From positions 1 to 64,000 of the forward strand of contig CAUYUJ010000223.1 in NCBI GenBank assembly GCA_963575745.1: a DNA stretch of 64,000 bases. Reading direction: 5' to 3'. Under the pieces are notes generated by a model that saw nothing but the letters and a program-made list of their open reading frames with translations, was not told the origin of the DNA and made no database searches. Positions 35,301 through 46,150 of the stretch are shown here, one piece after another (position 1 is the stretch's first letter; the number at the start of each line of letters is the position of its first letter). Both the position numbers and the translations under genes were made by a program. This DNA comes from Prorocentrum cordatum (lineage: Eukaryota).

Positions 35301-38300
35301 CGTGCTGCGCTCGGGCTGGAGAAAAGCCTTCTCGCAATCACCAGTGGTTGTGCAGTAGCAATCTGCACAGGGTCAAGCAGGTGACCTCGAGTAACAAGAG
35401 TAAGTGTCATTGCTGGGGATCGATATGCTCTCCCTCTTTGCCACATGCTTTTTATCACCGCCGATCTAAAATTGAGATGATTGTGCTTCGGCAGTCGTCG
35501 AAATTCTAATCCTGGCGCAAGTCGTGGTAAGGCTGCTGTTGCCAAAAGACGCTGCTTTCCTTGAAGTCCAAGTGGGGCGGCACCGGTACGCTGTGTCACT
35601 CGATATGCTGAGGTATACCGACGGCGTCGCTCCGCCTGTGGGCACATTCCCAGCGTACATATCTCTCCACCCACCAGAGTAAAATTCCGTACAATCGATG
35701 CTTGGACATGTCCTTGGGCGTGAAGATGGTGCCGTAGCTCCTTCTCAGCCTTGATCGATGTGGCGAAGTGCTTGGTTTTCTCAACATTGGTCTGAGTGCC
35801 TGAATGCTGGTCAAATTCAACTGAGATAGTTGTTGCATTGGCAGTCCGAATGGCATGCTGAGGTCCTTCGGCTCTGAAATTCCCATCATCAATGAAGGAT
35901 GCAACTTTGACCTCTGCTTCCTTCTCCAGGGCATGGCTCCAAATCGACATCAATGCAAGCGCCTGCTGCAAAGACCAGGAGTCGCCTTGGATAAAACCGT
36001 TGCTGCGCTTTGTTTCTGGGCCTACTGCTCGTGCTACCTTCCATCTCGCTCGAAGATCCTCGTAGAAGATGGTGGACGCATGCATGACACCCTCAGGGCA
36101 GCCCAGTGCTCTCATGAGTATGTTGCCTATCTCGTACTCGAGGAGGTCGAATAATTTTCGGCGATCTGCGGAACATCCTGAGGTCGGAGTACCTGTGATG
36201 TGTGCATATTCGATGTCCAGTGCCAGTTCCCAGGATACAGCTTGGTAGTGATATCCTTTCCTGGCTCCAATAGCGCCGTCGTGCAACCAAAGCTCTCGCC
36301 AGGATGCCATTTGAGTGAATCTGTCACCTGTGACAGCAGTGTATATTGGGCTCAAGTTGGTGATTGGCCTCGTGTCCGAAATTGAAGCTGTCCACACGTT
36401 GTCTGGCTCAATCTCCGCAGCAAGGTCGGCCTCCTGATCCCACTCCGGGAGGCAGCTCGTAATTCCAAGAGTCATCGCACGCGGCCATCGTAACCATGCA
36501 TCCTCTACTCCTTTGCAGAGGGTAGCGAAGAGGTCACATATGCAGGGTGGCAGGAGTCGAAGTTCAGCAACTCTCCATCCATCAGCGGCAGCAGCACGGT
36601 GCACATTCATTTTGCAAAATTGTTGATGAAGTCGATGGCCCGTTATGTCCCCGATCTCGCATGGATGTTGCTTGATGTATTCGCCGAAACGGGTCTCGAA
36701 CTTGTCCCATGTCTTCAGCTCGCCTTTGTTGAAGATCCTGCTCCAGAAAAGATCAATCTGCTGTAACATCTCTTTTCTTCGTGTGTGAATCTGAGTAGGG
36801 TCCGCATGTCCACGTACTGCATGAATTGTCTGGTATTGCCGTTGTTTGATCCACGCATAGACCTCGCGTCCACCAGAATATCGTAAAGAGTCTCTCAATG
36901 TTTTGCGCCAGCTGTCAATCCTCGCCAACTTGCGCTCTTTGACATGTTTGCTGTGTTTGTTCTCCAATGCTGTAGTCCATTCACCAATCTGGGTAGAACT
37001 CGGTAATCCAATTGGTATGCCAGCTGGTAGATTCAGCTCGCGTCGTAGTGGTCCTCGTACCTTGCGCCAGAGCGCTTGGGATTTTAAGTTTGCATGAAAG
37101 CTGGGATGTATGGCTCCTCGATGCTGTTGTAGTGCCAACTCGGCCAGGCGGCTGATGAGGTTCTCCAGACGTCGCAAGATCGTCGCCGTGGGTCCTTCTT
37201 TCAGCTTGTCTCGACCTGCAGGTGGTGCCGTACTCTCCCAGGTGGTAAGTTCAGGCTCTTGACTTCGGCCATGATATACAGCTCCGAAGGTAATGCCAAT
37301 ATGCTCAAGTCTCTTTTCCAAGTAAAGCTCACCAATCTTTCCGACAAGGGCCCAAGCATCCTCGGACCGTTCATCGATAAGTGCTTGCTCAAAAGCTTCA
37401 CAGTGTACTTCAATGCATTGACGTCCAAGGGCATCGCTCTCCTCGGCGCTAATCTTGATGGCAGACTCCACTGGGTAAGCTCGAGGGATCCTGATACTGT
37501 CGAAGGTGTTCGTGAGCAGTCCAACGTTCAGTGTCATCTCGAGCCCCAGGTGACTTTTGATTCCTAGATCACGTCGTAGTCGGAACGTCTTGATAGCGTC
37601 CCTGGCCGCCGTGTTGACTATGATGAGGTCTGGGCGACTCACGTTCGTGCCATGTGTAAACTTATCCCAAGAGGGGTCAACTCCATATGTCGGCTCGGCT
37701 CCAAACATAGCACCTACATCATGCCAACGTCCTGTGGCAAGAATTGCTGCAAGCGTGGAGGAGTGCCCCGTAGTAGTGTTCGCGTCCATGCAGATGACCA
37801 CGGCTTGATCACCAAGGCCTTCAGCATCCTCAAAGGTATAATGCAGGTTCCGATCACTGCGGGTCCTTATCATATTGTCGTGGCCAGCTTCGTTGTAGAA
37901 GTTGACGAAGTGGATGGGGCGCGAGCCAAAGAGAGCTACAACTCGAAGCCAGCGGGTCGTCGCGTACATCTCCTTGGCTGCCCCATACTTGCGCCCGCCT
38001 GGGAGCGTGACCAGAGATTGTTTAGCAATGGTAGCAACCCCACCCTGCTGCGTACGATGATATTTATCTCCAAGGCATTTCTGAGGTCTGAGTGGGTGTC
38101 CAAAAGTGGCTTCATACCCGTGAGCTTGACAAGCTTTTGAGCAACCCATTTGTTGTTTATAATCCAATCGCGTTTCTTGCAATAGAAGTAGGTCGACGCC
38201 CATGGTATCCATACGTCCCACGAACGAGTTCCAAGAAGTAACATTTGCTGATCGAATAGTAGCCAGAGCAGGGATCTCTCCCTCCACCGCCGTCCTTAGA

Positions 38301-38341
38301 GGTGGCGGCTGTTTGCCTCGCATACGTCGCGAGGCCATCAT
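32393..38341 (-). CDS. LINE ORF2 polyprotein, 1982 aa: AP endonuclease, RT, CCHC-type finger, RNase H, C-terminal Cys/His motifs
   Basis: APE SANVTSW, LQETR, VNFY, CMDAN, RPDLI, SHLG; RT TRPIT, DRRKLFD, GFIQGDSWS, FIDD (35885-35896); CPFC..HIILDC; RNase H GDGS, RAEV, LTDS, KVKAH, NRQAD. Confidence 0.95.
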   Translation of the reverse strand: MMASRRMRGKQPPPLRTAVEGEIPALATIRSANVTSWNSFVGRMDTMGVDLLLLQETRLDYKQQMGCSKACQAHGYEATFGHPLRPQKCLGDKYHRTQQGGVATIAKQSLVTLPGGRKYGAAKEMYATTRWLRVVALFGSRPIHFVNFYNEAGHDNMIRTRSDRNLHYTFEDAEGLGDQAVVICMDANTTTGHSSTLAAILATGRWHDVGAMFGAEPTYGVDPSWDKFTHGTNVSRPDLIIVNTAARDAIKTFRLRRDLGIKSHLGLEMTLNVGLLTNTFDSIRIPRAYPVESAIKISAEESDALGRQCIEVHCEAFEQALIDERSEDAWALVGKIGELYLEKRLEHIGITFGAVYHGRSQEPELTTWESTAPPAGRDKLKEGPTATILRRLENLISRLAELALQQHRGAIHPSFHANLKSQALWRKVRGPLRRELNLPAGIPIGLPSSTQIGEWTTALENKHSKHVKERKLARIDSWRKTLRDSLRYSGGREVYAWIKQRQYQTIHAVRGHADPTQIHTRRKEMLQQIDLFWSRIFNKGELKTWDKFETRFGEYIKQHPCEIGDITGHRLHQQFCKMNVHRAAAADGWRVAELRLLPPCICDLFATLCKGVEDAWLRWPRAMTLGITSCLPEWDQEADLAAEIEPDNVWTASISDTRPITNLSPIYTAVTGDRFTQMASWRELWLHDGAIGARKGYHYQAVSWELALDIEYAHITGTPTSGCSADRRKLFDLLEYEIGNILMRALGCPEGVMHASTIFYEDLRARWKVARAVGPETKRSNGFIQGDSWSLQQALALMSIWSHALEKEAEVKVASFIDDGNFRAEGPQHAIRTANATTISVEFDQHSGTQTNVEKTKHFATSIKAEKELRHHLHAQGHVQASIVRNFTLVGGEICTLGMCPQAERRRRYTSAYRVTQRTGAAPLGLQGKQRLLATAALPRLAPGLEFRRLPKHNHLNFRSAVIKSMWQRGRAYRSPAMTLTLVTRGHLLDPVQIATAQPLVIARRLFSSPSAARLLRRAKQCWDILQHRVTFTVKDNDTGPINRIRSVLKDLQWTWPAFDYFERANHQRIYLTKHPMGWWQHTLREDLRRFVWRTDLQLQERKDMKGCSVGLNYHVTTSILRKADRATKPDDEGVDDEPKEQPPLLLGSTDIPVPKLTSKQVSSLRAYLQGGTITGHRLHYITKNPAHKKCPFCLALDETMQHIILDCPKWELQRKALLDSYTKEELHALPTCLLCCGQLPDKPEYDAFACELLPDDPPLHAPPHHADGEYEVGDHEEDTLTKIDDFTVVAGDGSCPGQASDLRLRRSGYSLYYGRGHPCNVEVPLRSVAQGAQRAEVAALRHFVAWSWGKQVYLTDSSYCVRNFSALLRGEALNTKQHTDLWQAIETGLNAKGRDLFRIQKVKAHTRERDIPADERHLWEMNRQADAGAVRAARSHGLPDTIRQQHRQEQKLCYLLQHTATVISMHRAKELKEMGRDSHHDRCEQAQAMERAELDGQQHAQPDEDNEEDPWAHLGIDPDDEQPQPPPQRTSSSPSQSAPTALPATRRRLPRKAAPEADPPAIILGEPSSSSSSRPQEACIGLALDQATTNPTNWTPKAAFPGYQWDPIQPNIDDWKFKPILPDTVANRAWHYQQALFPAVAWYFSQLQWEADDTVRAPMSVSWVEFAIDFTIATGLSLVTPQESASEAKIVRMARYFSTAATRMAQLCKCKLAPRETHAEISALIPLGLRMAPGFKCRASFVARQRTVMYALALASTDRRGSLDACPDWCSPPKPIWNVPCLKENIVKTVRDSDLSSRAMQSVASLSERGTHTRNVVSVQKLRNVITWTADEEREFQRLQGRALIDEQERLLHNREARQQGYHVLGPLTGAKRDQDPHLLCVQCKFTTAGIGRFSTWPRLLCTPGVLPSGPHQCGQKRTPDDYDKLILEHNIRAEKPGNRCHVLLSFRPARVGQELECMKCSNKSAKRKYFEFCAAICTGR

Positions 38342-40650
38342 TGCTCTGACTTTATTTCCAAGGACGTCTTGAGCTTCTTTGTGAATTCCTCAAGCTCGGC
38401 CTTCCGTTTGCGTTCTTCGTCGATAACAAGGGTCCCTGTCGCTGGTGATGATGGTGCTGATGTAGGCGCTGGGCCGCTCATCATGTCCAAGCATCGTGCA
38501 AGTCCTTGACCTTGAAGATGTAGTTGTGATAATATTGCAGCGTTGTGGCTTCCAACTGCGGCTCCGATAGCTGACGTCAGAAATTCACGAAATTCTTTTG
38601 ATAGTCCAGCTCCTGCTTCTGGCTGCTGAGCTTCCTGTTGTACACGAGGTTGCATCTGTACATCCTGAGCCTGTGCCGGCACGCTCGGTCGAGTCAATTG
38701 CGTGGCAATACTCTTCTTGGCTGTGGCAGGTGGCTTCGGCGTAGATGTCGATGTACTTGCAGAATATTGAGTCACGAGCTCGGCCCACGTAGGTGCTGTG
38801 GTGGGAGCCTCGGTAATCTTTTCCACTCTTGGATTAATCGTAGCCTGGCATCCTCCAATAGATATGTCACGACTGGCGGGGGCTGACTCAGCACGCACAC
38901 GCGCCACTGGGATACGTCGATTGCCGTTGCCTCGCTGCCGTATGCTCACGAATTCTGATTGCCATCCCATCTGCGTCTTGAGCTGGTCGCAGAGAGATTT
39001 GCCGTCGATCAGCGCTGGTAGCGGGGAGATCTCGTAGATCGTGGCAGCTGGTGGCGCTCTTTGTTGTAGCACCTGCCATGCTGCTGCTGCACTTTGCTTT
39101 TGACACGAAAGAACAGATTGAGTGATTTGAAGTGATAGCCAAGGCCGCATGCACCTTCCAGGGCTGTCGTCAGCTCGATCGCCTCGCTGATGGTTTTGCC
39201 GCGCTGGAATGGTACGAACTCCTCATCCTCTTTTTCCTGCTTGAGTACAGCTCCGTCGCTCCCGATATTAGATCTCTGAAAGAAAACTCCATCAGGACCA
39301 GAGACTTCACGAAGCTGTTGGACTCGATTTGCTGGTATACGAAAGAATGCTGATATCACGCGCCGACCTGCATCATCCTCATTGAACATGCGCCCGCTGT
39401 AGCATATAACTTCCAGGTCCGTCGGGATGAGTTTGGTCTTCGCTATATTGGCCATCTCGGCGTCGAGGACGCGCCAAGGCGGCAGCTCGTTGTACTTCTT
39501 ACGTTGGCCTCCTCCTCCTGCTTCGGCTCGCTTGTCACGGGCCGCTGTAGCTTGTCGGTGAAGACGTGCCAACTCTTTGAATAACTTCTCTGTCGAGTGC
39601 TCCTCCAAGACTGCCACGGACATGAGAACCTCTGACTGGCACTCGATCTTTGTGGGGGCACGCGTGGGTTTGATATCTGTGCCCTGCGCGCCGGCATGTT
39701 GCCATGCGAACAACTTGCGTAGTTCACGGCGTCCATCTGGGTGAATGAACGGTACACTTAATAATGAAATTCTATCCGTCAGCCCTCGCTGTGCGCACTG
39801 AAGGACAAGATCTTTCGGAAGACTATCTGGCGGCTGCGCCAAGACGAATCCAAAGGGGTCATTCGGCAACTCTTTGCTCCAGAAGTCCTTATCTGAAAGA
39901 AGCTGCGCCATCTCGTTCACGGTGACAAGGTGAATCCGCTTCATGTCGTCATATTGCGATGGTAGCCCACGTACAGTCGGTAGTGACCAATCTGCATCGT
40001 CAAGCTTGGTCATCAGCTGCCACGTCGGCTGTGGTGTGGCTGCTGGACTCTTTTTCTTTTTTACGTTCTTCTTCTTGGGCTCCGCGTCCGTGTCGGGGAG
40101 CTTCGAGCCGAGCGGTCTCTCCTTGAGCCACTTGGTGATCTCTGGGAAGATTCTCTCGGCCTCCATCTGTGATATTTCTGCCATTCTTTCTTTACTTATG
40201 TTCCGCAGGTGATCATGCGTCTTCTGAGCCTGGGATACCTCTTTCATCTCGAGCACTGTCATTACTCGAGACGCCATCGTCGCTGGAGCGTTGGCCAGCT
40301 TCGCCAGTCGTTTACGCAGTGCAGTCTTTGCCCCCGGCCCATTGCCGTGGAGCGCATGCTGAAGACGATTCCATGCCTGGTGGGTAATGGGCCACCTATA
40401 TCCAAGTGAATATTCTCGATCCCCTGGAAAGATGAAGCCCCAACAACATCTCTCCACAAAATTGATGCTAATATTCTGAAGATAATACATGTGAACGTAC
40501 TTCGCGACGCTGTGGACCATCACGTGATATCCATCATCCGTCGTCATGACAACCGAGAACCTGAAGCTGCGGTTCAGAAGGTCGTGCGTCTCGGCGGAGT
40601 CGCCCCTGAAGCCCATGACAAGGCCCCTCTGGTCGAACTCCACTATGTCA
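38338..40650 (-). CDS. LINE ORF1, split by one frameshift near 39095
   Basis: Frame of ORF 39009..41159 is open from the element boundary to ..LFFRVK, then protein-like sequence continues in ORF 38338..39150 (QSAAAAWQVL..IYEISPLP..VARVRAESAP). Start codon uncertain; may be 5'-truncated. Confidence 0.75.
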
Positions 40651-41982
40651 CTCAAACTCCTACTCCTCCTCTTCCTCCTCCGCCTCGGCCTCCGCCTCCG
40701 CCTCCCCCTCCTCCTCCTCCTCCTCCTCCTCCCCCTCCTCTTCGTCTTCGCCTTCGTTTTTTTTGGGGGGGGGAGGGGGGGGGGGTGGGAGCGCGCGCGA
40801 TGACTCCACGCGAAGATGCGCATAATTAGGCTGCTTAGAGTCCTGGCCCAAGCCAGAATACAAACCAACCGGCCACGCGAAGAAGGGGGGGAAGGAAGAG
40901 GAGGAAGGAGGCGGGGACAGAAGGGGGCGGGACCAGCCTGAAAGACGGCCAGAGCAGAACTCGATGCAACGCTGCAGCCACGAAGAGTCAAAAGGACGCA
41001 GGGCGCACCGGAGACACCGCGCGAGCCGACCTGCAATAGGCAAGCCCGTGAAGTGAACCGCGGCCTGAGGGAGACAGTGGGCGGACCGCGCGCCAGCAGG
41101 AGGCGAAGAGGGGGGGGGGGAGGAGGGAAACACAAGTCCCCAAGATGGGGTTCAAACAAAGGCGAACTACGAAGCCCCGTGAACTACCACGCATACCTAG
41201 ACGCCCTCGAAAACCGAACGGCCAAACGGCAGCACGATCAGGTGAATTGACACAAACAAGGAGAAAGGGGCGACGACAACGACGGGGGGGGAAGCGAAAG
41301 CAGGGCAGACCAGGCCCGCAACAAAAACAACGACCTAAAGCAGGGGATAAATAACTAGGAACACAAATGCGAGGCAAGTCCCCAGACAGGAGCCACGCAA
41401 ACACTGCCGACCAATAAAAGGTGAGAAACAAAAATGTAGACACCCAAGCCCGCACGGCGACAATCGCCGTCTGCTCCCGGGCCGCGCCCGATGTGGGCTC
41501 GAAGGCATTCGCCAATTGAGTGGAGCGAGGGGGAGCCAGAAGAGGAGGCGGAAAGCAGGCCAGCCCCAGCAGGGTAAGCCAGCGTTCCGCCTCAGGGAGG
41601 AGAGCGCGGGAGGAAGAGAAGGGAGGGGGACTTCGCAGTGCGCGAAGCTGTGGCCCGCCGACGCGTGACTACAAGCTAACATTATGCTGGCGGCGCCGGC
41701 CGACTCGCCACCGCGCCGCTGAAGGGCAGAGGGCCACCTGTGACAATTATTGCCCGGGGGCCCGGCGCGAGCTATATTGACGAACAGCGTAGCCGCCCCA
41801 TGGCGCCATCAAGCCGCACTTTGTTGCGAGCGCGTTCTCTTAAACACTGGCGGAACAGCCAGGATGTCGCCCATTTCGAAATCCTTGGCCCGCGCCCCCG
41901 GCGCAGAGTCCGAGCTGAGGGAGGGCTACCCGTGACAGCTTTTGCCCGGGAGCGAGGGGGAAATTCGTTACGTTTCCCCCTC

Positions 41983-42076
41983 CTCCGCACGGAGCAAATA
42001 AATCGCACCCGCATGCCATGCGCATCGATGGTGTGATGGTGGCGGCTCCGCACGGAGCAAATAAATCGAACCCGCA
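41983..42076. repeat. ~31-bp direct repeat in the probable 3' UTR of the Tx1-like LINE
   Basis: CTCCGCACGGAGCAAATAAATCG(C/A)ACCCGCA at ~41983 and ~42046. Confidence 0.85.
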
Positions 42077-45000
42077 CGACATTCGCGGTGCGAGGGAGTC
42101 GGCGCACTCGAAAAGCAACAGAGGCGGAGGAAGAGGCGGAGGAGGAGGAACGGAGGGAGAGGAGGAGGGAGGAGGGAAAAACAGCCGCGCACAGTGAGCC
42201 TCATGACGCGGACTCGGCGCGCGGCCTCGCCTCACCGGGACTTCCCGCGGCAGTCCACGGCCAGGAAAACAAGCACCCGCACAGCAGAGGGAGCGGGGGC
42301 GAGGGGAAGGAGGAAGGAGGAGAGGAAGGGGAGAGAGAAACCGCGCGCGGGCCCAGGCTCAATCGGGGCGCGGCCGCTTGAAGGCGGAGGCGACCAACTC
42401 CATGGCCTTGCCGTGTCCCCGGGTGGCCTCCCGCAGAAAGCCCACGAACAGCTCCGCGCCCGCCGCAATCGGACAGCCGCGCCTGATGGCGTTGTGCGTT
42501 CGGAAGAGAGCAAAGACTGCGATGGCTCTGGCCGCCGCCGCAGTTGCGGCCTCTCGGTGCGGTTCCGCGGCGCGCGGGGCAATGCCCAAGAAATCCTCGA
42601 GGCATTTGTCTGGAGGGGGCTTTCGTAGATTCAGTCTCCTGCCGCAGGCACGGTGAAACTCCGCGCAAAAGGCGTAGTGCTCGATGCTGTCTTCGGCCCT
42701 GCAGCCGAGGATGCACTGGCCGTTGCCCTGCATGCGCTGGCGCGACAGCCAGCCGTTGAAAGCGGTGCGGACCTGGCAGGCTTGAACGCGCGGAGGAAGC
42801 CACGCCGACGTAGCCTCCAAGGTTCCCAACCACCCGCCGACCCTGCGGCCGGGCGGCGTCGGCGAGCGCCAGCGGTCGAGGCGGGCCCGAGCGCGCGCTC
42901 TAGCCGGGCCTTCGCAGCGAGGGTTCAGGAGCGCCCTCGCCCGGGCCTGCCAGCCCACCCGCTCCTGGACAGCGTGGCCGTCGCAGCCGAACACGGACGC
43001 CTCCATTTGTAGATGGCGTCGCCGGGCGTCGACTTGGCCCACGGCCCTTTCCAAAGAGAAGAGGAAGTTCTGGGACAACCACGGCAAGATGCTAGCACTG
43101 AGGGCGTCGTTCTGTGGCTGACTCATCGCCTGCCGGAGCCGCTCAGCACGCCGTTGGACGAGGGGCCCCCCGTTGCCCGAGTCCTCGAACTGCGCCACCC
43201 GAGCCCGGGCAGCGACAGACAGAAGCTCCTTCGGAAAATGGAAGACTTGCAAGGATTTCAGGAAGCTAGGCGAAATCCACGCCTTGGGCCCTGGGAGCAG
43301 GGCCTCGCACACCTTGGCCTCCATGTCCGCGAAAGAGGAGGGGGGCGGGTCGAGCTGGGAGATGAGCGACAAGACTGGGGCGCTGAAGATCGAGTAAGCA
43401 TCCAGCGTGCTCAGCATGCCCAGGCCCGCCTGGCCCCAGAGCTTCGCCCGAGCCAAGAACTTGTCGAACGGGGCGCGCCAAGTTAGCTCTCCACGGCCCG
43501 GGCCAACCACAAAGCCGAGGTACTTCGCTTTCGAGCTGATGTCCAAGCACCCCCACGCGGGAACCACGCGATGCAAGCGTTCCCGGACGACGTTGATGTC
43601 GAACGGGGCCAGCGGCGCAAGATCCGTCTTACTAACATTCAGAAGTAAACCCGATATCCGCCCGTACTCGCTGAACGTAGCCTCCAAAAAAGAAAAATGT
43701 TTCCAAATGTCCGTGTGTACAAGCGCCGTGTCGTCCGCATATGCTCTGAGCGCGCCCCCTGGGACCCTTCGCAATAAAGTGCACAGTAATAAATTAGAAG
43801 CCACTGCAAAGAGAAGCGGAGACAGCGGGCAGCCCTGCCGGATGCCCCTAGTGATGTCGAAGCCCTGGTGCCGAACGCCCCCCATAACAATGGCGCAGCG
43901 GTTCTGCGTGCACAAGACCGCGATGAAGTTGAGCAGCCACGGCGGCCAAGCGAGCTTCTTGAAGACCCTGTCCATGAACGCGTGCTCGATGGAGGGGAAG
44001 GGGAATGCTGCCGCGAAGTCGACAAACATGGCCGCGGCGTCCTCGGAAGCACAAACGCTCAATGCAATAGCTTCGTCGACGTCGACCAGATTGGCAGGGA
44101 GGGAGCGGCCGCCAATGAACCCCCGCTGAAACTTGGACACCCCGGAGCTGATGTGCTTCTCGATTGCCATGCGGATGGCATTCGCGAGCAGGCGGTTGCC
44201 CGTGTTCGTGACGTTCAGCGGGCGGACGTTCGCTGGCTCATAGATGCCCTCGCCGGTGGGGCAGGTGCCCGACGCCTTCTTTGGGAGGAAACAAAGGAGG
44301 CTGAAATTGAAATCCTGGTAGTCCGACGCCATGAGTGCGGCGCCCTGGTCGCTGCAGAAAACTTTAGCAGCATCGTGGAGGATCTCCGCGGAGAGGCCCG
44401 GCGCGCACGACCAGGCACGAAAAGGGATCCCGTCGGGGCCCGGGGCGGTGTTCTTGGCGCTCATAACGGCGTAGCGTATGCGCCTCTTCTTTAGCCTGAA
44501 GGCCTCGCGGGGGAAAGGCTGCGACTCGCTGGCCGGTCTGCTGTCCTGGTCGTCCTCCAGCCGCTTGTCCAGCAGTGCTTCGTCGATGCCCTTGGCCTTG
44601 AAGATGTTGGACCAATGCGAGCGGAGGGCGGCGGCCATCCTGTCGGAGGGAACCTGTATATCCCGGCTCGCGTCCTGAATGGCGCCAATGCGACAAGAAC
44701 GACCTGGGGTAATCCTGTAAATGAGCCTCGTATTCCTCTGTGTGGCTTGCGTGGCCCGCCGGGTGTTCCCGGAGAGCAAGTCTCTGTGGGACTTCCCAAG
44801 CTCATCGAGGGCATGTTCACGAGCCAATTGAACGACATGGCCCCTGGCGTGACGGAGGTGGCAAGAGTTGTTCCAGTCGAGGGCGCGGGGGTTGCTACCG
44901 ATGTCCTTGAGGAGCGGGCGCCGCGGCAGGCAATCCGAGATGTTGTTCACGAAGCCGTTCTCCACCGCGCGCAGAAATCCCACCAGCCCTTTGGGCGTGA

Positions 45001-45414
45001 GTGGTTTAGAGAGCCCGCTCTGTTCTCAACCCCCATCTTCCCCTTCGGGGAAGGGTTTACCCCTCTCTCCCTACCCCCTCCCCCTGGGCCTGGAGAGGTC
45101 CCTCCGCGGGTCGTTGGGGGGGTCATTTTCGACTCCTGGGAGGGCTAAAAAACGACACCCCTCGCGAGGATTCTGGCCCCGACGGGGGGGGGGCAGAAAA
45201 AAACCCTCTCCTCTTCTTTGAAGCCAAAATCATTGATTTTACTGCGGTTTTGGCCCGCTTTTGGCCTTCTGAAGGGGCAGCGCTAATTGAAGCCCCCCTT
45301 TTCTTTCCATGTAAAATCTATGATTTTACGAAGGTTTTCGGCTCATTTTGCCCTTCTGAGGGGGCAGCGCTAATTAAAGCCCCCCCCCCTCTTCTTTGAT
45401 CGATTCCCTCCAAG

Positions 45415-45715
45415 ATGGCCCCAAGAAGCGCCCGGGAGGCACCGAGAGGCCCTGGCCCCAAGAGACCCCCAGGAGGCCCCTGAGAGGCCGCCAAGAGGCC
45501 CCCAAGATGCCCCCAAGAGGCCCCCAAGAGGCCCCAAGAGGCTCCCCCCAGGCACCCAAGACGCTCCTGGAAGCCCCCGGGGCCGCCACCCCAAGACGCC
45601 CCAAACGGCCTCCAAGAGGCTCCCAAGAGGCCCGAAGAGGCCCCCCCAAGGCACCCAAGACGCTCCTACAAGCCCCCGGGGCCGCCAAGAGGCCCCCCAG
45701 ACGCCCCAAAAGGGG
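45415..45715. repeat. Degenerate ~10-11-bp tandem array (CCAAGAGGCC)
   Basis: Directly visible. Confidence 0.9.
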
Positions 45716-45721
45716 ACGAGG

Positions 45722-46150
45722 TGCCCGAACGCCTCGCGCCACGAGGAGCCCGAACGACTCACGCCAAGACGAGGGGCCCGAACGACTCACACCACGAAGA
45801 GCCCGAACGACTCACACCAGAAGGAGGGGCCCGAACGACTCACACCAGAACGAGGCGCCCGAACGACTCACACCACGAGGAGCCCGAACGACTCACACCA
45901 CGACGAGGGCCCCGAACGACTCACACCACGGAGCCCGAACGAGCCACACCAGGAGGAGGGGCCCGAACGACTCACACCAGGACGAGGGGCCCGAACAACT
46001 CGCACCACGAGAAGCCCGAACGACTCACACCAGGACGAAGAGCCCCAACGACTCACACCACGAAGAGCCCGAACGACTCACACCAGGAAGAAGGGCCCGA
46101 ACGACTCGCACCAGGACGAGAAACTCCAAACGACTCAAACCACGAGGACC
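45722..46150. repeat. Minisatellite, ~25-28-bp unit GCCCGAACGACTCACACCA plus short linker, about 16 copies
   Basis: Directly visible; linkers alternate in length. Confidence 0.95.

Larger units (their letters stand above)
31977..40650 (-). mobile_element. Near-intact LINE (ORF1 plus APE-RT-RNase H ORF2) with 19-bp target-site duplication
   Basis: CTCAAACTCCTACTCCTCC at both 31958-31976 and 40651-40669; visibly lower GC than neighbouring elements; uninterrupted ORF2. Confidence 0.95.

Noticed and set aside
40490..40650. Possible host exon (DIVEFDQRGLVMGFRG..)
   Set aside because: It lies inside the TSD-defined LINE and is in frame with ORF1.
45722..46150. CRISPR-like short repeat array
   Set aside because: Linkers are only ~6-9 bp and repetitive; minisatellite inside a mobile insert.
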